The notes beneath the pieces were generated by a model. That model searched no databases. It was not told the origin of the DNA and saw nothing but the letters and a program-made list of their open reading frames with translations. DNA of 53,941 nt, from the IMG/VR virus record IMGVR_UViG_3300024275_000010, positions 1 to 53,941 of that record; one strand, written 5' to 3'. This document shows positions 19,647 to 29,676 of this stretch, piece by piece. A program made the translations under genes and the position numbers. This DNA comes from a virus (Duplodnaviria > Caudoviricetes). Numbering within the stretch: the first letter of the stretch is position 1; every line of letters begins with the position of its first letter.

Positions 19647-21919
19647 GCGACTTTGACAATCCTCCTGTACAAATTATCCCTGCCGGTTACGGCATGGCCG
19701 GAGCCACTGGTCCCACGGGACCACCTGGTGGGGCCGGAGCAAGCTTTGCCACCCGCACAGCAATGGCTGCTTACAATCCGGGCACTTTGAACAATGGCGA
19801 CCCATTCTATCTGAGCGAGAGCGGTCGTGAAGGAATGTTCGTCGTTGATACTGCCAGCAATTGGACAGCAGCAATCGCGGCGGACACAGCCCAAGGTTTG
19901 TTTGTTGTTTCCACGGCAGTGCCAAGCAAGGTCTATCGTCGGATTGTTCCCAGTGCCAAAGCACTCGCTACGTGGTGGGGCGTTTCTCCAACGGCCTCGG
20001 CTTCAGCTAATGTCACTGCGTACACTGCCGCCCTGGCCGCTCTCTATGCCATCGCTCCTGGCCTGGGCGGTAACCATTCTGGCGGTTATGGCTTCACAGC
20101 GGGTTCCATTGGGCTTCATACCCCTGCTGGGCATTACCAGATCAACGCCGAAATTCCTCTCAAACAGGGCATTGATTTTACTGGAGATGGCGGCACAGGC
20201 AGCGACGCCACGATCATCATCCAGACCAGCGCAACATCGCATGGCATTCGCCTTTACGCCCAGCCTTCCCCTGGGGTGGGGGACATGCGTGCCTATGGCA
20301 CCCGGATTGATGGCCTGTATCTTAAGGGCGCATTCAGTGGAACCCGTGGACCCTATCATGGCATCTATTTCAGTGCCGGCTGCACCATCAGCAATTGCTT
20401 TGCAGACAACTGGCCTGGTTCGGGTTTCCGGGGACATGCAAATAATGCGTCTGGGGAAAACATAAACTCCTTCCACCTGGAAAATCTCTGGGGTCAGCTT
20501 TGCGACTGGACCGTCTATGTGGACGGAGACAATGCTAATGCGGGTGTAGGTACCAATATCAAAGGTGAAGTGAACCGCTTTGGCACCGTTTTTGATGACA
20601 GCTTCCTGGGCAACACCTGGCTGGGTGGGCTGTGCGAAGGTAGTGGCACTACTACTGGTTTCCTTACCCGCTGCGAAAAGAGCGGCCACATCTACACGGT
20701 CAAGTATGGGCAGGAAACGTGGTGCTCGACCAATGCCCCAAGCGGCACCACTGCCAGCAATACTGGCTGGATTTACTGGACGGACGGTTCGCCAACCGCT
20801 TCTTGCCCGACTTGGACGACCGGTCAGACCTGGTACTTCGCCGCTGCTAATGCTTGCAACCCGGACGACCCCGGTAACACTCGCTCAGTCTTCACCGGAT
20901 TCTATCATGAGCCTGGAGTCAATCCTGTCATCATGCCAATGGGCTGCACCTACATTCCTGCCCAATTCAACGGCACGCCAATCTTGTTCTTCGATGGCAC
21001 GCCTTTCGCGGCAATCTGGACGTACAACAACACAACGGTGATGGGCAACGACGCGATTGTGGCCCGCAACTTTTATTCCTATGTTGATATGGCTTGGGGC
21101 CATGCTGCTTCTCTAAGCCCGACGCCTGCGCCAGCCGATCGTTTGATCAATTGGGAGAACACTAACTTTTATCACCAGATCCAAGCTCGCTATTGGAATG
21201 CGGGTGCGCCAACAAATATTGGCCTCCTCACTTTCGCCCGTAACTTTGGCATCCTTCTGAACTCGCAAATTTCGGGTGGCCAGGTCGGTATTCAATACAA
21301 CGGCACCACGATCACCAATACGGGGATTGACTACCATCGCCCAGGCTCTGATAATGCGATCAATCTTGGTGGTGCTGGTCAACGGTGGAAGGAAATTTTC
21401 GCCGCCAATGCGACCATCAACACCTCGGACGAGCGCGACAAACAGGCGATTGCCAAGCCGAATGACGCGATCCTGGACGCTTGGGCTGATGTAGACTGGC
21501 ACCAGTACCAGTTCAAGGACGCAGTTAAGACGAAGGGGAAGAAAGCCCGAACTCATGTTGGCTTGGTCAGTCAGCGAATTGAGGATGTCTTCAAGAAACA
21601 CAAGCTTGACCCGTTTGCTTTGGGTCTGCTTTGCTATGACAAATGGGAAGACCAAGTGGAGCCGGTGTTTGAGGAGGTCGAAGTCTTAGAGCAGGCTGCT
21701 GGCGAAGATGAAGAAGGCAATCCCAGAATGGTGCGAGTTAAGAAGCACCAACCCAAGTACGACAAGAAGGGTGTGCCGGTAACCAAGGTCAATGTCAGAG
21801 CGGGTGAACGCTATGGCATCAGATATACAGAGGCTCTGGCTTTGGAAGCTGCCCTTCAACGTCGTCGGGCGGATCGGATGGAAGCCAGGCTAGCCAAGCT
21901 GGAAGAGGCCTTGAAATGA
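19643..21919 (+). CDS. tailspike with predicted beta-helix and C-terminal S74 intramolecular chaperone
   Basis: P.GHYQI beta-helix entry; INTSDERDK autocleavage motif; GLVSQ and GIRYTEAL; terminal coiled coil. Confidence 0.88.
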   Translation: MSDFDNPPVQIIPAGYGMAGATGPTGPPGGAGASFATRTAMAAYNPGTLNNGDPFYLSESGREGMFVVDTASNWTAAIAADTAQGLFVVSTAVPSKVYRRIVPSAKALATWWGVSPTASASANVTAYTAALAALYAIAPGLGGNHSGGYGFTAGSIGLHTPAGHYQINAEIPLKQGIDFTGDGGTGSDATIIIQTSATSHGIRLYAQPSPGVGDMRAYGTRIDGLYLKGAFSGTRGPYHGIYFSAGCTISNCFADNWPGSGFRGHANNASGENINSFHLENLWGQLCDWTVYVDGDNANAGVGTNIKGEVNRFGTVFDDSFLGNTWLGGLCEGSGTTTGFLTRCEKSGHIYTVKYGQETWCSTNAPSGTTASNTGWIYWTDGSPTASCPTWTTGQTWYFAAANACNPDDPGNTRSVFTGFYHEPGVNPVIMPMGCTYIPAQFNGTPILFFDGTPFAAIWTYNNTTVMGNDAIVARNFYSYVDMAWGHAASLSPTPAPADRLINWENTNFYHQIQARYWNAGAPTNIGLLTFARNFGILLNSQISGGQVGIQYNGTTITNTGIDYHRPGSDNAINLGGAGQRWKEIFAANATINTSDERDKQAIAKPNDAILDAWADVDWHQYQFKDAVKTKGKKARTHVGLVSQRIEDVFKKHKLDPFALGLLCYDKWEDQVEPVFEEVEVLEQAAGEDEEGNPRMVRVKKHQPKYDKKGVPVTKVNVRAGERYGIRYTEALALEAALQRRRADRMEARLAKLEEALK

Positions 21920-22308
21920 GTCGCCTTATCGTCCTTGCCAATTACGCTGGCGCTCAAGGTCCTGCCGGACCAACTGGTCCAGCTGGGTCAGGCAATCCTG
22001 TCACCAGGGATGTTGCGTCAGCCGCCACAGTCACCCCTGCATTCGGGGAAGACCAAGTCAATATCACCGCCCAAGCGGTGGGACTCACACTGGCCAATGC
22101 TTCTGGCACCGCCATCCCCGCTTGGGGATTTTCCGTCCGCATCAAAGACAATGGAACAGCAAGGTCCATCACCTTTGGGTCCAAGTACCGTGGGGTGGGG
22201 TTTGCCCTGCCCACCACAACGGTAGCTGGAAAGCTTATGTATATCGGGTTCATCTACAATGCGACCGATGACAAGTTTGACGTGGTGTCGGTGGCTCAGG
22301 AAGCATAA
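21916..22308 (+). CDS. tail fibre-associated protein
   Basis: Short collagen stub; RIKDNGTARSITFG, LPTTTVAGK. Confidence 0.65.
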   Translation: MSRLIVLANYAGAQGPAGPTGPAGSGNPVTRDVASAATVTPAFGEDQVNITAQAVGLTLANASGTAIPAWGFSVRIKDNGTARSITFGSKYRGVGFALPTTTVAGKLMYIGFIYNATDDKFDVVSVAQEA

Positions 22309-22311
22309 CCC

Positions 22312-25098
22312 TTGAGACCTGGCAAGATCCTCCTCAGAGCTGGCAACCACACCGGTGGCGGTGGCGGGGGTGGCGGGGGATCTCCACCAGCAGGAGCTAT
22401 CATAGGCCAAAATATCTCCAACACCTGGAGCTGGCGCGGCACAGATTATTATGTTGATCGTAGTGCCGGTCGCAACCAGGCTAGGTACATTCCGGCCGCA
22501 TTTTCTGGTCCGATCACGGACTTGCCAGAAGCCAACATCAGCCCTTCCACGCGCTGGGCCACCTCTCTCCCCAATGCTGGTGCATATCTTATCCAGGAAT
22601 GGGTGGACAATCTCGAGCTAAACCAGCAATTCGACGTCAGCTGGAATGGCCCGATCACAAATATGTATTTTGACTCATTGGTCACCGTCATCAATGCGCC
22701 AAATTATTCAACCAAAACAGCACGGGTTCAGTCCAATCGCACTTTGAGCGATAACCCTCACTCAATCTTCTACACCTTCAGCGGGACGATCTCTAACGAT
22801 CTCAATCTAAGGATCAAGAAGGTCGGTGATAATTTTGCCGACGTCTTCAATGCCAAGCCCAAGACTGATTTTCTCCCGGTGGTTTCTTCCGGAGGCTTTA
22901 CCAGATTTGTCAATTGGATCTATTCGGTAGAGCGCAATGGTCTGCGCTCGTCAGGCGACGCAACGGGTCCGACCTGGGCCAATCGTAATAAGCCGGACGG
23001 TGGTGATTGGGTCTTTGGCGACGGGGTTCCCATTGAGAATGCCTTGGCCTGGTGCAATGCGACCAATACCAACCCCCACATCAATATCCCTTGGAATGCC
23101 CCGAACGATTGGATTGACGGTGTCGCCGGACTTATGCTGTCTGGCCTTAACCCAGGTCTCAAGGCTGCATATGCTTTGTCAAATGAGCCATGGCTGGGCA
23201 GTTATCAAGTTCGTTACCAGGCACAGACTGAGGGTTCGCTAGCTGACTATGCGCAGGCGGGCTATGGCAAGACCGCACAGTTCACAGGGTCGATATCCGG
23301 CACCACTCTTACCGTCACCTCAGTGGCTTTGGGCGTGGTCACCCCTGGACAGTATCTTGCCGGTGCAGGCCTAGCTGCTGGTTTAGGCATCGGCGGGCAG
23401 CAGCGTGTTGCCGGGCAGCTCACCGGAACCCCTGGGGGCGTCGGCACCTACCAGGTTGATGTTTCCCAGACGGTGGCCTCTACCACTATCAAGCAGTACG
23501 ATTTCAATGCCGCTATCGGACGATGGGGCGAACGGTTCAAGCAGGTCATGGCGCGGATTGATGCGGTGTATGCCGGAAATCTTTCCAAGCGTGTGCGCTT
23601 GCTGGAAGCCCAGAATGCTCAGCCAGGCATGTACAGCACTCTTTTGGCCTTCAACGACGGCACCCCGTCAGGCACCGTTCTTTCTTATACCGACGCACTA
23701 GCCTCTGCTCCTTATTTCACTCACGATGCCACCTACACCGTCGATACCGTCCTCACCGCCGGTGCATCGCTAGACGCTTTCTTTGCCGCGCTGCCGTCTA
23801 TGATGGACACAGCCCTAGACAATGCGGTGATGGTCAAAGACATAGCCACCGCCAACGGTCTTGGCTACCAGACTTATGAGGCGGGACAGCATTTCAACTT
23901 TAAGAGCCTCTCGACGCTCCAACTAGTTGAGCGTGATCCTCGCATGCGGGATGCGTATCTGATCTATATCCAAAAGTATGAGCGGAAGATCGGGCGGACT
24001 TCGCCCATGACTATGTACGGTTACACCATGGGGATTGGCGCTGATGGCACCAACCCTGGCGAGGGCTTTGGTCTCATTGAATATGCCGGACAGACCACCG
24101 GCACTGCCACTCCAAAGTGGCTTGGGGTCAAGCAGTACGTCGCCAATACCCACCGCTACCCTACCAATGTCGTCGGCAGTCTGGCGGTAGATATTGGTGT
24201 AGGCAAAGCCAATGGTTCCAGCTGCGGCACGCTGACAGAGTTTGTTCCTGGTGCGGTGGCTTCGATCGTAGCAGCTTCTGGCGGGGTCAACCCTGCCGCA
24301 TTCGCTGCTGGGGATACAAATTTAGGTCCGACCTTAGCAGTCACTGTTGCTGACATAACATTGTTGCCTAGCTCACCGCTAGATTTCACTGTGACGCTGA
24401 GACAAACGGACTCACGCTTCATACCGGTGAGTGGTGTCGATCACATTGACACGGTAGTTAACATTTCGGCAGTTGCGGTGCCGCGTGCCAACTTTGAGAG
24501 TGGGCTTCCGTCCGGTTGGGTCAGCAACCTGGATGGTCTAGCTCGTACTGGCTACACCCAAACCAACATGGCGGCGAGCGCCCCAAGTCACGACCTGCTG
24601 CTCACCAACACCAATGGCTTGGGCAATAAGAATCTGTCGTTCCTTTGGAACACAGACATTGATGTTACCAAGCCGCTGCTGAACACCCACCAGATGAAGC
24701 TGAGTGCCCTGTCGCAAGGCTCCCAGGGGATGACGTTCGGCACCCCTGGCACGGGCACTGGCGCGGTGCTCCTGATCGGCCGAACATCATCCGTGCTTTT
24801 CTTTGGGGTGGTTACTGGCGGCTCTTACGCTCCTGCGGCGGGCGACGTTGCGATAACTTTCTCTACTAACAAGCACACGCGTTGGTATCGTGACCTTTCA
24901 AATGGACACCTGGTCGTGCAAACTGCGTCATCCACCGCACCTGATCCACCCCTGGAAACGGACTATGTCACCCGCTTGAACATCCCATGGCCAGCAGGCG
25001 TACCCACCACCGGCAAGGCGGGCATGTGGGTTAGCTACGACGGTGCCCCGACAGCCGGTGATCATGCTGACTTTGCTTATTACAATAGTTCGCCTTAA
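22312..25098 (+). CDS. clan GH-A-like glycoside hydrolase / polysaccharide depolymerase
   Basis: GVPIE...CN...PHINIP, SNEPW (acid/base-like) and YEAGQH (nucleophile-like) motifs; C-terminal beta-rich domains. Confidence 0.65.
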   Translation: MRPGKILLRAGNHTGGGGGGGGGSPPAGAIIGQNISNTWSWRGTDYYVDRSAGRNQARYIPAAFSGPITDLPEANISPSTRWATSLPNAGAYLIQEWVDNLELNQQFDVSWNGPITNMYFDSLVTVINAPNYSTKTARVQSNRTLSDNPHSIFYTFSGTISNDLNLRIKKVGDNFADVFNAKPKTDFLPVVSSGGFTRFVNWIYSVERNGLRSSGDATGPTWANRNKPDGGDWVFGDGVPIENALAWCNATNTNPHINIPWNAPNDWIDGVAGLMLSGLNPGLKAAYALSNEPWLGSYQVRYQAQTEGSLADYAQAGYGKTAQFTGSISGTTLTVTSVALGVVTPGQYLAGAGLAAGLGIGGQQRVAGQLTGTPGGVGTYQVDVSQTVASTTIKQYDFNAAIGRWGERFKQVMARIDAVYAGNLSKRVRLLEAQNAQPGMYSTLLAFNDGTPSGTVLSYTDALASAPYFTHDATYTVDTVLTAGASLDAFFAALPSMMDTALDNAVMVKDIATANGLGYQTYEAGQHFNFKSLSTLQLVERDPRMRDAYLIYIQKYERKIGRTSPMTMYGYTMGIGADGTNPGEGFGLIEYAGQTTGTATPKWLGVKQYVANTHRYPTNVVGSLAVDIGVGKANGSSCGTLTEFVPGAVASIVAASGGVNPAAFAAGDTNLGPTLAVTVADITLLPSSPLDFTVTLRQTDSRFIPVSGVDHIDTVVNISAVAVPRANFESGLPSGWVSNLDGLARTGYTQTNMAASAPSHDLLLTNTNGLGNKNLSFLWNTDIDVTKPLLNTHQMKLSALSQGSQGMTFGTPGTGTGAVLLIGRTSSVLFFGVVTGGSYAPAAGDVAITFSTNKHTRWYRDLSNGHLVVQTASSTAPDPPLETDYVTRLNIPWPAGVPTTGKAGMWVSYDGAPTAGDHADFAYYNSSP

Positions 25099-25122
25099 CT
25101 AGTTCCAGAAGGAGAGAAGACG

Positions 25123-25254
25123 ATGCAAGACAAGCCGCACCCGGATCATCCGGACCACCCGGACCATCCAGACGTTCCACCTGGCGACACGCCTGTGCCC
25201 AATACTCCGCCAGGTGGTCCGCCGCCGCCGCCATCGAGCCCACCTGCTCCGTGA
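25123..25254 (+). CDS. 43-aa His-Pro-Asp/Pro-rich micropeptide
   Basis: AAGGAG RBS; MQDKPHPDHPDHPDHPDVPPGDTPVPNTPPGGPPPPPSSPPAP; GTGA overlap with next gene. Confidence 0.65.
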   Translation: MQDKPHPDHPDHPDHPDVPPGDTPVPNTPPGGPPPPPSSPPAP

Positions 25255-25730
25255 GCTCACCTGAGCTAATCATGCTCCTGGCAGCCGTCGTTGCTGGGCT
25301 TTCTTCCGCTTGGAAGAACCCAACAGCGGCGGCGCTGGTGCTGGCATATATTGCTTCTCAATTCTTTGAGTTGCCGCCCAAGCTTTACATCTTGCCAGAC
25401 ATCCTCACCCTGGCGATGATCTTCAGCAAGCCCCGTTATCACCCTTGCGACCCCTATTACACTTTGAGCACCTGGCAACAGCTGAAGTGTATATGGACGG
25501 AGCGCAGTCCTGCTGACAGGCTGATCATAACCAGCATGCCCTTGGCCTGGTATTTCTATGCGCCAGTGCTAACTTATCATCAGTATTGGGCGCTGTGGTG
25601 GATAGCAATATTTCAATTTGCCGTGGTCAGCATTGAATCAGTTTTCATAAGTTGGTGTCGTCACCGTCATCGTGACGGCCCTGGTGCGACGGAGTGCCCG
25701 CGTAATTGGATGGAGGTCTCGGTTGCATGA
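25251..25730 (+). CDS. multi-pass membrane protein
   Basis: About 4-5 hydrophobic segments; coupled to the micropeptide stop codon. Confidence 0.65.
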   Translation: MSSPELIMLLAAVVAGLSSAWKNPTAAALVLAYIASQFFELPPKLYILPDILTLAMIFSKPRYHPCDPYYTLSTWQQLKCIWTERSPADRLIITSMPLAWYFYAPVLTYHQYWALWWIAIFQFAVVSIESVFISWCRHRHRDGPGATECPRNWMEVSVA

Positions 25731-26094
25731 GAGCATCTTTGACAGGATTTATTCTTGGGCCACATTCACAGCCGCGATCTTCGCAGCTAACCTTGTCGCA
25801 TTGTTCAAGGCATGGCCGCTCGTCATGTCACGACTCAATGAGCGCCACAGGGACGTCGCCGCTGAAAAGGCTGGCGATTGGGAGCGCATTCGTGCAGAGC
25901 GTGATGCCGCCCGGAAAGACCGTGACCTCATGCGGGAAAGATGGGCGCTTTGCGAGGTGGAAAAGAATGATTGGATGCGGCGCGCAATAACTGCCGAGGC
26001 TACGCTGCAGGGATTTGGAGAGTGGAAGCAGATGTTGGCTGTGCGGGAAGCCGCTCGGCGTTTGGCCACTAGCAATGAGGACGAAAGCTCATGA
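25723..26094 (+). CDS. holin/antiholin-like single-TM coiled-coil protein
   Basis: GGAGG RBS before TTG 25723; one TM segment then charged coiled coil; ATGA overlap with endolysin. Confidence 0.55.
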   Translation: MHESIFDRIYSWATFTAAIFAANLVALFKAWPLVMSRLNERHRDVAAEKAGDWERIRAERDAARKDRDLMRERWALCEVEKNDWMRRAITAEATLQGFGEWKQMLAVREAARRLATSNEDESS

Positions 26095-26849
26095 GTGCTG
26101 CTGCTGACCTGTTCGACGCTGCAAGGGCGTTGAAGCGAGAGCTCACTGGCAACCCCAATATTGGCTTGGACCAGGAACAAGACGTTGATGCTTTTAATGC
26201 GATCATCTCGCGTTGGAAGCCTGTCGTTAAGACTAGCCCACCCGTGATAGATCTGACGGCAGGGACAAAGAACCCTACCGCACTGACAAACGCTGCCGAA
26301 TTTTTTGCCGTGGTGCGGGAAGCATTCGGGGCTTTGTCAGAAGAACAGGTCAAGGGCTTTGAGCGATTGCTCCAGGCGTACGGCGTGGCAGTTTGGCCAA
26401 TTGCTTATGCAGCATACGGCTTGGCCACTGGCTGGCGGGAAACTGCCAAGCAGATGAAGCCGGTGAAAGAAGCCTATTGGTTGAGTGAAGATTGGCGCAA
26501 GAACAATCTTAAATATTACCCTTGGTACGGCAGGGGTGATGTGCAGCTGACATGGCGGACGAATTATCTGCGAGCAGACAAGGAGCTGGGTTTGTGCGGT
26601 TCACTAGCCGCCAATCCTGAGCTGGCCTTGCGGCCGGACATATCCGCAAAGGTCATGGTCATGGGGATGGAAGAAGGATGGTTCGTGCCAGGCCACAGCC
26701 TGCCGATTCATCTGCCAGGGTCCGGCAATGCCAGCTTTGATCAATATAAGCAAGCCAGGCGGATCATCAATGGCACTGACGCTTGGGAAGAAATAGCAAC
26801 CAATGCGCTGAAGTTTGAAGCGGCATTGATCGCTGGAGGGTGGCGGTAA
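26091..26849 (+). CDS. endolysin, GH19-like
   Basis: AYGLAT..RET, YGRGDVQLTW..NY, ARRIING motifs. Confidence 0.85.
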   Translation: MSAAADLFDAARALKRELTGNPNIGLDQEQDVDAFNAIISRWKPVVKTSPPVIDLTAGTKNPTALTNAAEFFAVVREAFGALSEEQVKGFERLLQAYGVAVWPIAYAAYGLATGWRETAKQMKPVKEAYWLSEDWRKNNLKYYPWYGRGDVQLTWRTNYLRADKELGLCGSLAANPELALRPDISAKVMVMGMEEGWFVPGHSLPIHLPGSGNASFDQYKQARRIINGTDAWEEIATNALKFEAALIAGGWR

Positions 26850-27217
26850 TGGGCGGGATCACCAACATACTCAAAGGCATTGGCGGCGAATTCGAGGTCG
26901 TCCGCAGCTTGGGCGCATTCGGCATTTTGGCCTATGTGCTGGGGGTGCAAATATTCGTAGGCTATGAGGTATTCTATGCCGGCAAGGCATTTGACTTGGT
27001 GGCTTATTGCACCGCTTTCCCAGGGGGACTCAGCGTTGCCATTGCCGCTGTGGCGGGTTCTGCTGCCGTGAAGGACCGCCAGGTGGCCACAGCCAGGGTG
27101 ATCAATGACACAGGCGCGGTACCCGCACCGCCACCGGCTGGTCCAGAAGTGCCCGTGACGGGAGATCAGCACGTTCACAGTGGTCCAGGCATGCCCGAAC
27201 CCCCAGCAGGAACCTAG
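26849..27217 (+). CDS. putative holin (2 TM)
   Basis: GGAGG RBS; two hydrophobic helices; follows endolysin. Confidence 0.55.
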   Translation: MGGITNILKGIGGEFEVVRSLGAFGILAYVLGVQIFVGYEVFYAGKAFDLVAYCTAFPGGLSVAIAAVAGSAAVKDRQVATARVINDTGAVPAPPPAGPEVPVTGDQHVHSGPGMPEPPAGT

Positions 27218-27219
27218 CC

Positions 27220-27417
27220 ATGAAGATAGAAATCTTTCCAGGTCGCAACTTGGTTGGTGAAAGGCGCTGGTATTTCCACATCCTCGGAGGCAATGGCGAG
27301 ATCATGGCTCCGAGCGAAAGCTATGTGCGCAAGATTGATTGTGTGAAGAGTGCAGAGAAGCTGAAGGCCGAACTGCAATTTGCGGACATTGTTGTGTTAG
27401 AAGGAGAGAAGAAATGA
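27220..27417 (+). CDS. YegP/DUF1508-family protein
   Basis: WYFH...NGEIMA.SESY..K..C signature. Confidence 0.8.
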   Translation: MKIEIFPGRNLVGERRWYFHILGGNGEIMAPSESYVRKIDCVKSAEKLKAELQFADIVVLEGEKK

Positions 27418-27518
27418 CCAATATGACACAGGTGCGTGGTTGGGCCACTAGTCACCTATTGATCGCTATGGTTATCGCTGCTGCGGTAGGCTTTGGCCTG
27501 GGATTGTTATTGTCATGA
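27414..27518 (+). CDS. 34-aa single-TM peptide
   Basis: AAGGAG RBS; MTNMTQVRGWATSHLLIAMVIAAAVGFGLGLLLS; ATGA overlaps on both sides. Confidence 0.55.
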   Translation: MTNMTQVRGWATSHLLIAMVIAAAVGFGLGLLLS

Positions 27519-27931
27519 ATCCCTTGTCAGGCCTGACATGGCAGATCAAGGCCATCATTGGCTTGGTGGGGGTGCTGGTCTTCATTGGGATATTGTACGG
27601 CGCTTATTCCAAGGGCTATAGCAATGGCAGGGCCAAGGTCGAGCTGGCCAACCAGAAAGCCATCAATGCAGCCATAGTCCAAGACCGACAATCGGCGGAA
27701 CGTCGCCAGCAAGAGGAGCTGGCATCAGCCAGTATTAGAGGACAGGAGAAGGCAGCATATGAAACGGCAATTGCGTCCGCACCAGGTGGCAAGAATAGTC
27801 CCGCTGCTCATGCTCGCGCTTGCGAGCGGTTGCGACAGGCCTACGGTCCAGGGAGTGCAAACATACCCGCGTCCTGCAGACCTGCAAGCGGTAACGGCAC
27901 CCAAGCCCCTGCCAAGTCCCAACATCGCTGA
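27515..27931 (+). CDS. i-spanin (Rz-like)
   Basis: N-terminal TM, periplasmic helix, two Cys; overlapped by lipoprotein ORF. Confidence 0.75.
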   Translation: MNPLSGLTWQIKAIIGLVGVLVFIGILYGAYSKGYSNGRAKVELANQKAINAAIVQDRQSAERRQQEELASASIRGQEKAAYETAIASAPGGKNSPAAHARACERLRQAYGPGSANIPASCRPASGNGTQAPAKSQHR

Positions 27932-28067
27932 CGATCCCCAGGCGGCAGAGCGGGACAATGCTGCGGTGGACGCTTGGGGCAATAGCCTGCACGATGCAGG
28001 AGTGAGGATATGTCATTGGGCGACCGAGCGCGGCTTGGTGCTGCCATTCCAGTGTGAGAGGAAATAG
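27759..28067 (+). CDS. o-spanin (Rz1-like lipoprotein)
   Basis: Lipobox LASGC; Pro-rich; overlaps Rz in another frame. Confidence 0.75.
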   Translation: MKRQLRPHQVARIVPLLMLALASGCDRPTVQGVQTYPRPADLQAVTAPKPLPSPNIADDPQAAERDNAAVDAWGNSLHDAGVRICHWATERGLVLPFQCERK

Positions 28068-28069
28068 TT

Positions 28070-29674
28070 ATGCTGACCAGGGCCAATATTCCCAACATAA
28101 TTTTGGCATTGATCGTCTTTGCTGTAGCTGTGCTATTGTTCGCCGGTCCTGGTCATTCAGCTGCTCCGCCTCCGAGCTTTTCGGTGCCGAGCTTTTCCGC
28201 TTATGAAGATGCCGGCACTCTGCAAGTCCCTGTGACAAAGTCCAAGAAGGCGAATAGCTATTCAAAGGTACGGGTTGTCACGGTGGACGGGTCCGCGCAT
28301 GCGGGCACGGATTATCAGGCAGTCGATACCACACTGACATTCGGCAACAACGTGCTGACAATCAATGTGCCTGTGCCGGTCATCAACCGTGCAGATTACC
28401 AGCCCGACAGATCTTTCCAGATCAAGCTTATTGCAGTGCGCAATGCTGCTGTCGGTTCGCCGGGCACGATCAGCATTCAAGACCGTGGGTCCCCGCCGCC
28501 GGTCTCTGACGTTTGCCCCAATGGCACAGCCAAGCCTCCGAGTGGCCCCTGTCCAGAGGCAAATGCACCCCCTATCGCAGACAATTTCAGCATTGAGGAT
28601 TACACCGAATATACCTGGTACGGTCCCCCACCCGCTGGCTCGGGCTTGCCGCCCAACCGTGGTGGCCTGGCTCCGGTCAGTCCGGACTCAGTCGGTGCTT
28701 TCCGCTTCAACTGTGCGGCAGGGCAGGTGGCTCAGTTTGATCCGATCGTGTTCCCAGGACAGGTCAAGGCTGGTCACCTCCACCAATTCTGGGGCAATAC
28801 CTCTATCCAGCCCGACTCAAATTATTCGACCATGCGGGTCAAGGGCGGTTCTACCTGCGACAATCGCTCAAGTGGCACAGTGGCGATCAACCGCACAGGT
28901 TATTGGGCACCGGCCATGCTGGACGGAGCGGGCAATGTCGTCTTGCCCGACTATATCAATACTTATTACAAGCAAGTTCCGCACACAGACCCTGGATGTG
29001 GATTCCCAGACGCCACGACCACCCCCCCACACATCGGTATCTGCACGGACCTACCCAACGGCATCACATTCGTGTTCGGCTGGAACCCGTTGACGGGCAA
29101 GGGCGGACCTAATGATCCCAACAGTGGTGATCATTGGGTGATGTGGTATGAGTGCTGGTCAGACCTCATCGGCAGCCCTTCCGAAGTCGCTTCGGCAAGG
29201 GGACAGTTTCATTCAATTGCCCAGGTGGTGGCTGCTGGTTGTCCGGCAGGGGACGTTCTGGTCTCGCAAGGCGTCATGCCTCAGTGCTGGGACGGCAAGA
29301 ATTTGGACGTGCCAGACCACCGGTCACACTTGGCTTTTTATGGCCCTGACGCGCCTATCCGTTGTCCGACCGATCACCCCTATCAAATGGTCGGGGCGCA
29401 GTTCCGTCTTCACTACACCACGGACGCTAACTTTGTAGCGGGCAAGTGGCACTACAGCTGCGACATGGACGGTATGGAGGCTGGCACATGCCTTCACTTT
29501 GACTATATGGAGGCTTGGTCTCCGGCCGCAAAAAGCCGTTGGTTCCGCAACTGCATTGATGGCCACCTAACCGCTGCCCAGGGCGACCTTTGCGATCGTA
29601 AGCAAATGAAGGAAGCCGGTGCGCCGCCAGAAGGCTGGCCACGGCACCGACTGGTGCCTGTACCGCCGATGTGA
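28070..29674 (+). CDS. exported Calx-beta + DUF1996 protein
   Basis: Signal peptide; TVDGSAHAGTDY (Calx-beta); FDPIVFPG, HLHQFWGN, NRTGYWAP, PQCWDGKNLD..DHRSH, CP..HP, LHFDYM (DUF1996). Confidence 0.85.
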   Translation: MLTRANIPNIILALIVFAVAVLLFAGPGHSAAPPPSFSVPSFSAYEDAGTLQVPVTKSKKANSYSKVRVVTVDGSAHAGTDYQAVDTTLTFGNNVLTINVPVPVINRADYQPDRSFQIKLIAVRNAAVGSPGTISIQDRGSPPPVSDVCPNGTAKPPSGPCPEANAPPIADNFSIEDYTEYTWYGPPPAGSGLPPNRGGLAPVSPDSVGAFRFNCAAGQVAQFDPIVFPGQVKAGHLHQFWGNTSIQPDSNYSTMRVKGGSTCDNRSSGTVAINRTGYWAPAMLDGAGNVVLPDYINTYYKQVPHTDPGCGFPDATTTPPHIGICTDLPNGITFVFGWNPLTGKGGPNDPNSGDHWVMWYECWSDLIGSPSEVASARGQFHSIAQVVAAGCPAGDVLVSQGVMPQCWDGKNLDVPDHRSHLAFYGPDAPIRCPTDHPYQMVGAQFRLHYTTDANFVAGKWHYSCDMDGMEAGTCLHFDYMEAWSPAAKSRWFRNCIDGHLTAAQGDLCDRKQMKEAGAPPEGWPRHRLVPVPPM

Positions 29675-29676
29675 AC

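Noticed and set aside
21640-21800. Acidic/basic insertion in the S74 chaperone domain
   Set aside because: Variable loops at this position are common in tailspike chaperones
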